A DNA stretch of 50,145 nt from a virus (Duplodnaviria > Heunggongvirae > Uroviricota > Caudoviricetes), in IMG/VR virus record IMGVR_UViG_2579778539_000003. One strand, given 5' to 3'. Of this stretch, positions 35,462 to 43,890 are shown piece by piece. The position numbers and the translations under genes are program-made. Numbering within the stretch: position 1 is the stretch's first letter; each line of letters opens with the position of its first letter. Under the pieces are notes generated by a model. It saw nothing but the letters and a program-made list of their open reading frames with translations, ran no database searches and had not been told where the DNA came from.

Positions 35462-35740
35462 TTACCTCCAGATCCGTTGCTGGAAAGTGCGGGACGCACG
35501 TGGTGGGCGTTCGGAATAAGGCAGCCTGACAGAGATTATCCAGTGCCGATAGTCGAGACTGAGAGCTTTCTTAACCTCGAACCCGCGCCTGCGGTAAGAA
35601 TGAATCAGCCATTCGGCCTGTTCTGCAGTGCATGGAGGGTGCTGGAACCATTCAGACTTGAATGCGTGAGAATACCGCCCGTGCGTGCAGGCAAGAACGG
35701 GCGAATTATCAGAATTGTAATATTTTGCGTTGCGTGCCAT
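35462..35740 (-). CDS. Hypothetical 92-aa protein
   Basis: ORF MARNAKYYNSDNSPVLACTHG...; tightly packed against the ydfU start. Confidence 0.5.
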   Translation of the reverse strand: MARNAKYYNSDNSPVLACTHGRYSHAFKSEWFQHPPCTAEQAEWLIHSYRRRGFEVKKALSLDYRHWIISVRLPYSERPPRASRTFQQRIWR

Positions 35741-35806
35741 CGGTTTTCTCCGGTGGCACGGTGTTACTCAGCGGGAGTTCAGCCCCGCGCAAGATTGTAG
35801 ATGAGT

Positions 35807-36058
35807 TTATTCTCCTGAAAAAGCAGAAAAGCCAGCTTTTATTCCGATCTCTTTCAATGCCTGTAATGAAGTGACAAACTCACCTTCGCGCAAGATAAAT
35901 CCGTCCGTGACCCGAGCATCCACAAAATTAATTAACGCAGCCCCATTCTTTCGCAAACACATAATGCGGTAATGACTAACAAGATTTCCATTTTCAACGC
36001 ACACAGCATAGAGGCCATCTTCACAAAAAATTTTACGCAGTTCTTCGATGTTCATCAT
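35807..36058 (-). CDS. rem: Small acidic protein, probably Rem (83 aa)
   Basis: 83-aa ORF with own promoter-like TTGAAG-18-TAGAAT and GGAAGG SD; length and position match K-12 rem. Confidence 0.55.
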   Translation of the reverse strand: MMNIEELRKIFCEDGLYAVCVENGNLVSHYRIMCLRKNGAALINFVDARVTDGFILREGEFVTSLQALKEIGIKAGFSAFSGE

Positions 36059-36173
36059 CAGAATCCTTCCGGATAATTAGCTCTCCCCTTTAAGGGACCA
36101 TCCCTCTTATCCCTGCGCGCTACTTAAGTATTTTTGATTCTATTCCGGCACCGTCCAGAACTTCAAACGCGTT

Positions 36174-36206
36174 GAAAATAAAAACAAAAACCCGCCGAAG
36201 CGGGTT
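36174..36206 (-). terminator. Rho-independent terminator downstream of hokD
   Basis: AACCCGC-CGAA-GCGGGTT hairpin followed by a long U-run on the minus strand. Confidence 0.6.
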
Positions 36207-36274
36207 AAGTGCGGGTGCGTTGAGGATGCCTGCCACATCAGAGGTGGCGAGGGATTTCTCCCCCGCCGGGTCTC

Positions 36275-36430
36275 TTACTCCTCAGGTTCGTAAGCTGTGA
36301 AGACAGCGACCTCCGTCTGGCCGGTTCGGATTCGTACCTCGCAGAGGTCTTTCCTCGTTACCAGTGCCGTCACTATGACGGTTAAACAGATGACGATCAG
36401 GGCGATTAACATCGCCTTTTGCTGCTTCAT
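36275..36430 (-). CDS. hokD: Hok-family type I toxin HokD (RelF)
   Basis: 51-aa MKQQKAMLIALIVICLTVIVTALVTRKDLCEVRIRTGQTEVAVFTAYEPEE; not in ORF track. Confidence 0.9.
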   Translation of the reverse strand: MKQQKAMLIALIVICLTVIVTALVTRKDLCEVRIRTGQTEVAVFTAYEPEE

Positions 36431-36501
36431 AGCCTGCTTCTCCTGTCAACGCAAAGCAGAAGTGTCACCTTCGGTGCGAAACAGAGATGTCATGCTTTGG
36501 T

Positions 36502-36789
36502 TCAGAGAATGCGTTTGACCGCCTCGCTATATACTTCCGAGCGTTCTCTTTTCCCAACAGAAATCACGAAAACGACAACTTTCTCGTCTATAACCTGGTA
36601 TACAAGGCGATAGCCTGAAGACCGGAGCTTAATCTTGTAACAATCAGGCATACCACGGAGCTTGTTTGCTTCAATCCGGGGTGACTCAAGTACTTCAACC
36701 AGCTTCTTTTTCAACTGTTCACGTACCGTCGAGCCCAGCTTTCGCCATTCCTTTAGTGCCCGCTCGTCAAAATCCAGAAAATACGCCAT
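36502..36789 (-). CDS. relE: RelE toxin (mRNA interferase)
   Basis: 95-aa ORF MAYFLDFDERALKEWRKL... Confidence 0.9.
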   Translation of the reverse strand: MAYFLDFDERALKEWRKLGSTVREQLKKKLVEVLESPRIEANKLRGMPDCYKIKLRSSGYRLVYQVIDEKVVVFVISVGKRERSEVYSEAVKRIL

Positions 36790-37028
36790 CAGAGTTCATC
36801 CAGCGTCACACGTACTGGCTTAGGATTACGAAGCCGTTCTTTCACTATCTCCACAAGTTCAGCATCTTCATCACTCAGGAGTGTCTGTTTGAACGGCAAG
36901 CGTTCATTGTCAGCGATATACTCGAGCATGAGACGAAGCGCTTCAGAAGGAGTTACACCCATTTTTTCAAGCGCGGCGTAAGAACGCGCTTTAAGTTCAT
37001 CGTCAATACGCAGGTTAATGCTACCCAT
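36789..37028 (-). CDS. relB: RelB antitoxin (RHH)
   Basis: 79-aa ORF MGSINLRIDDELKARSYA...; stop/start overlap with relE. Confidence 0.9.
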   Translation of the reverse strand: MGSINLRIDDELKARSYAALEKMGVTPSEALRLMLEYIADNERLPFKQTLLSDEDAELVEIVKERLRNPKPVRVTLDEL

Positions 37029-37040
37029 GTCTTACACCTC

Positions 37041-37066
37041 TTGTAATTACAAATGTCATTACAAGT
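37041..37066. promoter_or_regulatory. relBE operator repeats (TTGTAATTACAA / TGTCATTACAAG)
   Basis: Tandem palindromic hexad repeats 13-38 nt upstream of the relB start. Confidence 0.6.
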
Positions 37067-37358
37067 ATCGCACTACAACATGCTTAGGGCAAGTCACGAA
37101 GGAAGTCAGAAAGTAGTCGTAAGAACGGTGATCACTGTCCGCTTTGTGCCAGGAGCAGCCATTGCTAAGTCCATCCTGTATTGTGCAGGTCAGCTCGTTT
37201 TTAAAGAGTCCGGCCATCATCTTACTGGTACAGACACCATATACTTTGTGACGGTCAGGCTACATATGCACAACTCAACTTATTCATCTATTTTTTGCTT
37301 TAGCATGTCAGTGTTGCTTTCTCGTCGGCGGGTGAGCGGTGACCTGACCTGTCGATAA
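37053..37358 (+). CDS. ydfV: YdfV-like 101-aa ORF (weak coding evidence)
   Basis: Length and position match K-12 ydfV annotation; no convincing RBS or domain. Confidence 0.25.
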   Translation: MSLQVSHYNMLRASHEGSQKVVVRTVITVRFVPGAAIAKSILYCAGQLVFKESGHHLTGTDTIYFVTVRLHMHNSTYSSIFCFSMSVLLSRRRVSGDLTCR

Positions 37359-37510
37359 AGGAACGTAACACGTTTTATGCAACACCCGCATGCGGCAGAA
37401 AATTATTGCCGAACGTTTACCCCTGTCAACAAGCTTTACTTTCTGAGGCGCGCCAGCCCGCGAGGAAAACAATCTGAACATCAAACAATTAATGACACAA
37501 GAAATACGAT

Positions 37511-37537
37511 TAAAGATTTTTTTGTGCATGCCGATAG
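37511..37537 (+). promoter_or_regulatory. Sigma-28 (FliA) class-3 promoter for flxA
   Basis: TAAAGATT-N11-GCCGATAG matches consensus TAAAGTTT-N11-GCCGATAA, 24 nt upstream of the flxA ATG. Confidence 0.6.
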
Positions 37538-37560
37538 TGCTTTTTTAAAAGGAGAAATCT

Positions 37561-37893
37561 ATGTCTGTCACAATTCAGGGAAATACCTCAACCGTTATTT
37601 CAAACAACTCCGCCCCGGAAGGAACATCAGAAATAGCCAAAATCACAAGACAAATTCAGGTGCTGACTGAAAAGCTTGGGAAAATCTCATCGGAAGAGGG
37701 GATGACGACACAGCAGAAAAAAGAAATGGCTGCATTGGTACAGAAGCAAATTGAAAGCCTCTGGGCTCAACTGGAGCAGTTGTTAAGGCAGCAGGCAGAG
37801 AAAAAGAATGAAGACGCGACAGTTCAGCCTGATAAAAAAGAAGAGAAAAAAGACGATACAAATACCGCTGGCACCATTGATATTTACGTCTAA
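37561..37893 (+). CDS. flxA: FlxA (FliA-regulated protein)
   Basis: 110-aa ORF MSVTIQGNTSTVISNNSAPEG...; GGAG RBS. Confidence 0.85.
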   Translation: MSVTIQGNTSTVISNNSAPEGTSEIAKITRQIQVLTEKLGKISSEEGMTTQQKKEMAALVQKQIESLWAQLEQLLRQQAEKKNEDATVQPDKKEEKKDDTNTAGTIDIYV

Positions 37894-37907
37894 GTGACAG
37901 CCGTATT

Positions 37908-37930
37908 GTGGCCCTCATCGGGCCACTTTT
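37908..37930 (+). terminator. Rho-independent terminator of flxA
   Basis: GTGGCCC-TCATC-GGGCCAC followed by TTTT. Confidence 0.7.
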
Positions 37931-38149
37931 CGCCATCAGCCTTTTCTTTAAAGACATATTATCTTTGTATCATTTCTGATAGTTAACATTACAAGATATA
38001 AGTAATGGACGCACTCCCAATTAGTCTATTTAAATCGCCACGAGTTTAACTGACAACCCATGATCAATTATGAATTGCAACTATTTCTGTAGTCACTTTT
38101 GTGGGGACAGTCCACAAAACTGCCAACTTCCGCTTCTTGCTCTTAGCGG

Positions 38150-39765
38150 ACATTAGCATAGGCTATTTACCATAACGCCTCATTACGCGCACCGCCCAGA
38201 CTGACTCAGCGCGTTTCTGGCATATCCCCGGTAAAACAAGTAACAAACCACCCGAAAATGAACACCAGAAACGCGACTTAAGAATCTACCCTATGAATGG
38301 ATATGCACTCAACCGAATCGATCTTGGTTTCAATCTTTTTTATCGGGATCAGGCTTCTTTTTAGGTAACTTCGGGGGCTTAACTTGCTGATGACTTTGCG
38401 TTCGGCGCGTAAGCCAGGGATGGTCAGCTTTAGGTTTAACATAGTATTTTGAGCGTAAATCAATACGGGCATTATCCACTCGTTCATGGACACTCTTTTC
38501 ATCATCCAGTGGTATAGGCTCCGGGCCATCAACATACTTTTCCCAGCCCAGCGCTTTCCCGTCATACAGAACGTTAATTTCACCGTCAAAGTTCTCGCAT
38601 ACAGTAACAACCGAATGCCTAAGTCGATATCCCCGGCCCTCACTGCGTACCTGAAACGCACTGCTTTTGTACTGGAAAGTGAGATTTTTAGACAGAACGC
38701 GCTTCGCCTGTAGGCTGAAGATATAACCCAGTTCCTCTTCAGAATGGTGCACATCAAGATGAGCATTATCAGTAGTACGAGGCGACGTAGCGAACCGGTT
38801 GTTATAGGCTTCAATAAAGGTCGGCAACCATGCATTTGCTGTTTCAATATCACTGATATTCTGAAGCCGCATTTCTTTGACCAGCCTGTCCTGTAGTGTC
38901 TGATTGGCGCGCTCTACCCGCCCTTTTGCCTGCGGGCTGTTGGCATGGATTGGCTCGATGCCCAGTGTCTTTATCGCACGAGTGAACTGGGTCAGCTCAC
39001 CTTCCCGCTCTGGGTTATTTACCCTGAATATACTGTGTCTATCAGAGTAGAGAGCGAGCGGTACGCCATGATCATTAAGGTAACCCCGGAGGGTTTCCAT
39101 GTAAGCCCGGGTTGTTTCAGCAGGCACAAAACGCAACGCCATCAACGCACTGGTGGCATCATCAATGAAAACGATCAGTGTACATCTGGGGCCTCGATTT
39201 TCAAACCAGTCATGAGGTGAGCCATCAATCTGGATCAGTTCACCGTAAGATGGTCGTCGCATGCGGCGTTGATATATACGGGCAATTTTACGACGGCGTT
39301 CACGCCATAACCCCTCTTCTATCATCCACTTTCTGAGAGTTTCAACGGATAAAGATAAACCGTGTATCTCGCGCAATTTTTCGCACGCAAACGTAGGTCC
39401 AAAATCAGCGTAACGGCCTTTGAGGAGTGAAATTACTGTTGCTCTGAATTCAGTAGAAAAGGAATTATTAGGACGCTTTCCACGTCGGTGGGAAACCAGA
39501 CCAGAAGGCCCTTCATTTCTATACCGTTGCACCAGACGTTTAACCTGCCGAATAGAAATGCCAATGCGTGCCGCAGCTTGTTCCTGAATAATCTGAAGTC
39601 GGTGGAGTTCCTTATGACTCATCGTAACAGTCTCTTTGATCATGAAAAATCCCCCAGAGAATTGTCTGGGGACATTTTAGAATGGTTCAAAGGGGACATT
39701 ACAGCTTGGTGTTAACAATAGCCTGCTTCTCCGTGCCTTTCGGCACGTAAGAGGCTAACCTACAT
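38150..39765 (-). mobile_element. Putative single-ORF IS element (IS481-like); boundaries approximate
   Basis: Encodes a DDE/rve transposase; ends only tentatively placed from weak terminal similarity (TAGG...GCCTC.TTACG.G). Confidence 0.4.
38330..39643 (-). CDS. DDE-type (rve integrase-core) transposase with N-terminal HTH
   Basis: 437-aa ORF; HTH GISIRQVKRLVQRYRNEG; core IQIDGSPHDWF...VFIDDATS...SDRHSIF...; Lys-rich C-terminus. Confidence 0.8.
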   Translation of the reverse strand: MIKETVTMSHKELHRLQIIQEQAAARIGISIRQVKRLVQRYRNEGPSGLVSHRRGKRPNNSFSTEFRATVISLLKGRYADFGPTFACEKLREIHGLSLSVETLRKWMIEEGLWRERRRKIARIYQRRMRRPSYGELIQIDGSPHDWFENRGPRCTLIVFIDDATSALMALRFVPAETTRAYMETLRGYLNDHGVPLALYSDRHSIFRVNNPEREGELTQFTRAIKTLGIEPIHANSPQAKGRVERANQTLQDRLVKEMRLQNISDIETANAWLPTFIEAYNNRFATSPRTTDNAHLDVHHSEEELGYIFSLQAKRVLSKNLTFQYKSSAFQVRSEGRGYRLRHSVVTVCENFDGEINVLYDGKALGWEKYVDGPEPIPLDDEKSVHERVDNARIDLRSKYYVKPKADHPWLTRRTQSHQQVKPPKLPKKKPDPDKKD

Positions 39766-39977
39766 GTGTCTAGCATGAAATTGGCCTCAGATTAATGTTA
39801 AGCGTCTTGCAGGACGCGTAATGTTAACTGGGGCTTTTCTCTATCTGCCGTTGGTGTCCATGCCCGAGGCAGATAGCCTCAAGCACCCGCAGTCATTCTA
39901 CTTAACTAAGATTTCCCCGCAAACCGTTTTTGTCCAGCACAGTAAATATCCAACTAAACCAATGGAGTTCGCTGTAT

Positions 39978-40157
39978 TTACCGCCAGTATTCAATGCACA
40001 TGACCGCCATGAACACCCCTAAAAAAAGGGCATTTATATATCCAAATATTAATATCAAAACATCAACTTTTTCCATATACCTTGCTGTGAAGATGATGGG
40101 CATACATGATGCGAACAACCAGAACGCAACAAACAAAAACTGCAATGCGTTTTTCAT
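39978..40157 (-). CDS. Candidate 59-aa two-TM small membrane protein
   Basis: ATG preceded by AGGAGG (spacer AATA); MKNALQFLFVAFWLFASCMPIIFTARYMEKVDVLILIFGYINALFLGVFMAVMCIEYWR. Confidence 0.45.
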   Translation of the reverse strand: MKNALQFLFVAFWLFASCMPIIFTARYMEKVDVLILIFGYINALFLGVFMAVMCIEYWR

Positions 40158-40399
40158 TATTCCTCCTACAATCAATGTGCAATTACATTTAAACACACCT
40201 CAATTTGGCCGGACATATAAATATCTAAACCAGAAAAAATCACTTACATAGCGTTACAAACTCTTTAGTCTAAAGGTTCATCGTAAAACATTCCCCATAC
40301 TTATCAGTCCGTTCCGCGCCAGGTAGCTCATTGCCTTATCTGGCAACCTGTAATCAGGTTTCCGCTTTTTCAGTTGGCTGGTCGTTTAACCGACATAGT

Positions 40400-41220
40400 T
40401 AATCCATTAATCTAGTTGCCGGATGTTGGTGGATTTTCGCGTTTTAGTTGTTCATAAAAGTGCACAGCTTTAACCAGTTCTTCTGATGTAACTGGGACTG
40501 GTGAGGCAGTGAATAAGGCCTGAATTTGATAGTTCGGCCTGTCGTTACAATCCTCTTTTTTCGGTACATATTTCCAGTCACCAGACCACTACTTCCCCTG
40601 AAAGTCCGTAACGCCTTTTTTCACGTAGCGATATCGCCATGCCACTGGTTTTGCTTGCCCCGCCGTTTCATGCCCTTCCTGATAATTAATCTCGCTCATT
40701 CATCGCCCCACTCATCACAATATGCTTCGACCGGAGTTTTTCCCGCTTCATAGTCATCACGCTAGGATTCGACATCAGCAGCACTTCCACCGCGTAACTC
40801 ACCATAGTCCATTAATAGTTCATCCCGCTCTTCAAAACTGATGTTATATTTAGCTGAACAAAAATCAGCCACTTTGTTCTTCCTCATCGTCTTTTATTTC
40901 GTGGTATGAGTAATTGCAGTAGTTAAAGAAAATTTCTTATGCTCCGTCATGAATTTCCTCAGGTGTTGCGTCATCGTCCACTTCGAATACATCCTCAAAA
41001 TCTCCACCAGCTATTCCCGTTTCAATAATAATTTTGAACTTTCGCATTTCACTACCGCCCTTTCGGGCGGCCTCCTGATGTTCTGAGGGTGCAGAAATCC
41101 ATCCGGTTAAGGATTAAATTTTATTTACAGAACTGAATTTAATTATTCAGATATACGTATCTGTAGCCTTACGAATCTACTCACTGGATGCCTCTTTCAT
41201 AAAAATAATCCAGTGGGTTT
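40400..41220 (-). pseudogene. Decayed nin-region small ORFs (one about 96-codon frame interrupted by in-frame TAG at 40589-40591)
   Basis: Several short overlapping minus-strand ORFs with weak RBS; ...VTDFQGK*WSGDWKYVPKK... reads through an amber. Confidence 0.3.
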
Positions 41221-41309
41221 TATCGTTTTTTCCCTGTTCGTTGACAGATAACAGGTTTTCTGTCTGTCAGTGCCAGAATCTGGCTTACCGGTATTTGCGT
41301 TTCATTCCA

Positions 41310-41666
41310 TTAAAAAATCAGAACGCCGTGCGGCCTCAACACCCGAAAGGCTTCTTTAAATCTCTGTCGCGAATCATCACGCCAGGCATCTTTATTCAGC
41401 CGTCCATATTTCTTTCCCATCCAGGCGTTATCACCAACACTCTCAAGATGCGGAGGGTCTAATACAACCATCGAAAAAGATGCGTCTGCAAATGATAATG
41501 CACGAAAATCTGCGATAATGTCAGGGCTGATAATCAAGCGTCTCCCATTGCGTAATGTGTATCCTTCTTTTCTGATATCGCTGAATATCGCCCGTTCGTC
41601 AGACTTATCGAACCAGAACATGCGGCTGCCACAGCACATATCAAGAATGGTTGCCGGTGCACTCAC
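41310..41666 (-). CDS. Small DNA N6-adenine/N4-cytosine-type methyltransferase (possibly truncated)
   Basis: 118-aa ORF with SAM-binding-like ILDMCCGSR and catalytic-like VVLDPPHL; GTG start overlaps upstream stop (GTGA). Confidence 0.6.
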   Translation of the reverse strand: MSAPATILDMCCGSRMFWFDKSDERAIFSDIRKEGYTLRNGRRLIISPDIIADFRALSFADASFSMVVLDPPHLESVGDNAWMGKKYGRLNKDAWRDDSRQRFKEAFRVLRPHGVLIF

Positions 41667-42085
41667 TGCGCCACGTCCTGAAAATTACCCTGATAGAAAG
41701 CCAGTATGCGCTGCATAACTTCGCTCTTCCGGCACTCGCGACAGATTATGTTTAGGCGACTGTCGTAGCGACGTATTTCTCCGTCAGGTGATGACCAGAT
41801 AAGGTCCGGATCAACCACAGCAGGTTTCTTCACCTTTGCCCTCGAGAGTTTTTTGCGGGCGTTTTGCCAGTCCTTACGCGCCTGTTCAGAGGGGAATAAC
41901 CCGTAGCCGGAGTTGTATACATCGCCACTGGCTACCAGCTCTCTGGCAAGAACGCTCATCAGATATCTAGTCGCACCTGTTTTAGCTTCCAGTTGCCGTA
42001 ACGTCTCACGGCCGCTCTGGCGCACGAGTTCCACCACCTGCCATTTAATTTTTTCCCGCTCTTCTTGTGTAAAAACTTTTGCCAC
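41663..42085 (-). CDS. Hypothetical 140-aa protein, translationally coupled to the MTase
   Basis: ORF MAKVFTQEEREKIKWQVVELVRQSGRETLRQLEAKTGATRYL... with possible HTH; 4-nt overlap with downstream gene. Confidence 0.6.
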   Translation of the reverse strand: MAKVFTQEEREKIKWQVVELVRQSGRETLRQLEAKTGATRYLMSVLARELVASGDVYNSGYGLFPSEQARKDWQNARKKLSRAKVKKPAVVDPDLIWSSPDGEIRRYDSRLNIICRECRKSEVMQRILAFYQGNFQDVAQ

Positions 42086-42125
42086 AAGTCCCCCTTAAAA
42101 TTACCTCATGACCTGAAATCAACAC

Positions 42126-43091
42126 TTATCCTCTGAAACCAGGCGGAATTTCTGTATCCGGTTCAGAAATATGATTAACACAACGCTGTACAGGTGAACG
42201 TCCCAGGCGGATGACCAGTTCGTCCCATTTTTCGCGGAGCTTTGACGGGCTCATGATGTTTTTTACCCAGAATGGATCTCGCTGAACCCGACCAAACATT
42301 TCGCAAATTTGTCTGTGGCTTCTGCCATCCAGCATCCGCATTGTGCGCACGTCATTGGCCCAGGCAGTCCAGTTAGGCTCTTTTGGTCGCATGATCTCGC
42401 CATCATCACTGGCTGCCTGTTCGTAGAGACCCACGATCCGCCCCCAGATCCACTGCGCACACGCCAAATCCTCCCTGCTACCCCACTGGCGTTTTTTCGC
42501 ACTAAACACAACCGCGTCGGAGTTCCGGGTTAAAAAATCCTGTTCAGTCGTCTGCGGGTCCGGTTGCGAAGCTTCCGGACGAAAAGTGTTTTTATTCTCT
42601 GTAGTAATCTCTGTTGTATTCTCTGTAAGATCATCAGGCCATTTTGACCCGATGACATTGGGTCGTTTTGAACCAATGGAGCGTTTCATTTTGACCTCTT
42701 CCATCGTGTCATTTTGACCTGATGGAGCGGCGCATTTTGAACCGATGGATTCGCTCAATTTGCCACCATCTAAAAGCTCGCTCCCATAGTTGATCGTGTA
42801 GAAATTGGTCATATCGCGCTTTGATTTATTGAGCTTTTCACAACGCAAAAGCCCCAGCGTTTTCAGACTTGCAAACGCGCGCTTTAACGTTGACTCTGAC
42901 CAGAATGGGAACTGTTCCAGCCATTGTTCCGTTGTGTTATAAATCCAGCGAACACCATCACATTCCATGCCGGAGATGGTATCTCTCAACCAGTAGTGCA
43001 GTTGTTGCAAAACAATGGCTTCGTTTAAGCCAATTTTCATTGCCAGCTGCGTGTTTATAACCAGTGGGCGTTCAGCAAAAAGAAGGCTCAT
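42126..43091 (-). CDS. Replication initiator, O-like (start taken at internal ATG; ORF track starts at TTG 43145)
   Basis: Iteron array lies in the middle of the ORF (linker SIGSK repeats); lambda-O-like organisation; C-terminal region resembles primosomal DnaT-like domain. Confidence 0.6.
   Translation of the reverse strand: MSLLFAERPLVINTQLAMKIGLNEAIVLQQLHYWLRDTISGMECDGVRWIYNTTEQWLEQFPFWSESTLKRAFASLKTLGLLRCEKLNKSKRDMTNFYTINYGSELLDGGKLSESIGSKCAAPSGQNDTMEEVKMKRSIGSKRPNVIGSKWPDDLTENTTEITTENKNTFRPEASQPDPQTTEQDFLTRNSDAVVFSAKKRQWGSREDLACAQWIWGRIVGLYEQAASDDGEIMRPKEPNWTAWANDVRTMRMLDGRSHRQICEMFGRVQRDPFWVKNIMSPSKLREKWDELVIRLGRSPVQRCVNHISEPDTEIPPGFRG
42631..42742. repeat. Origin iterons: 4-5 copies of ATTTTGA(A/C)C(C/T)GATGGAGCG at about 23-25 bp spacing, adjacent AT-rich tract at 42588-42630
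   Basis: Direct repeats at 42631, 42656, (degenerate 42678), 42701, 42724. Confidence 0.6.
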
Positions 43092-43593
43092 AATTCCATC
43101 CAGCTTTTTGTTGGTATTGCTGTCGATACGCAAGTTTGAAAGCAATTGCTTTTTCTATAAGTTCGTCAGTTTCACGATCCACTACGGCAGGATCAGCAAA
43201 AAGCAGTCCGGACTCCACCACATCGCCATATTCTTTGTTTAACCCGGCGATCATGCACGTGATGCTTTTTCCGTCAGTAATTTCACGATACAACCTGAAA
43301 TCATTAATCCGGATAGCCTCCATAATTGCAGGCACTAGCGCCGTGAACTTTTCACGCTTATCCCTGGTGTCGATAGCCTTCCAGCGTTCAAATATCTTCA
43401 CTCGATTAACGCCAAGCGCTCGCTGATCAATCGCGCCACCTTCATATGTGACACGCTGAACATCGATGTTCGGGCGCTCTTTCAAAGCCCAGAATGCTTC
43501 AGTGATTAATATCGTCGCCTGCTCCTGTGTCATTCCTGGTCGACATATCCAGGCATCCAGAGCCTCACGAGCCTGTTCAGGAGTGATTTTCAT
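43072..43593 (-). CDS. Hypothetical 173-aa protein downstream of dicC (cII-position gene)
   Basis: ORF MKITPEQAREALDAWICRPGMTQ...; overlaps dicC 3' end by 17 nt. Confidence 0.6.
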   Translation of the reverse strand: MKITPEQAREALDAWICRPGMTQEQATILITEAFWALKERPNIDVQRVTYEGGAIDQRALGVNRVKIFERWKAIDTRDKREKFTALVPAIMEAIRINDFRLYREITDGKSITCMIAGLNKEYGDVVESGLLFADPAVVDRETDELIEKAIAFKLAYRQQYQQKAGWNYEPSFC

Positions 43594-43807
43594 TGTTCAA
43601 CCGCCCCGCCCGCTTCGTCTTACGATATTCATCATAAACTTTGGGATCATACTGAAGCTCCCCGCCAGATGCCTCCTGTAGACGCATCGCGCGACCTTCG
43701 GGAACTAAATCCCCTTTCCAGCTATAAAGCGAAGCCAAACGAATACCTGCTGCTTGTGCAAGTTTTGTTTTTGAACCGAAATACAAAAGAGCGTCAGTTT
43801 TAAGCAT
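43577..43807 (-). CDS. dicC: DicC (Cro-like regulator)
   Basis: 76-aa MLKTDALLYFGSKTKLAQAAGIRLASLYSWKGDL... divergent from dicA. Confidence 0.85.
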   Translation of the reverse strand: MLKTDALLYFGSKTKLAQAAGIRLASLYSWKGDLVPEGRAMRLQEASGGELQYDPKVYDEYRKTKRAGRLNNENHS

Positions 43808-43821
43808 TTAAAACACCTTTA

Positions 43822-43841
43822 TTGTTAGTCATAACTAACAA
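43822..43841. promoter_or_regulatory. Palindromic operator in dicA-dicC intergenic region (TTGTTAGTCATAACTAACAA)
   Basis: 20-bp near-perfect palindrome between divergent dicC and dicA. Confidence 0.45.
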
Positions 43842-43890
43842 GATAGATGTTAACAAAAACATAGTCAATACGATTTAGCATTAGCTAACT

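Noticed and set aside
38278-38853. 191-aa minus-strand ORF nested in the transposase gene
   Set aside because: Alternate frame inside the DDE transposase coding region; no independent support.
41220-41309. 29-codon open frame immediately after the MTase TAA stop, suggesting read-through or an ochre lesion
   Set aside because: Translation has no recognisable motif; retained only as a caveat that the MTase may be truncated.
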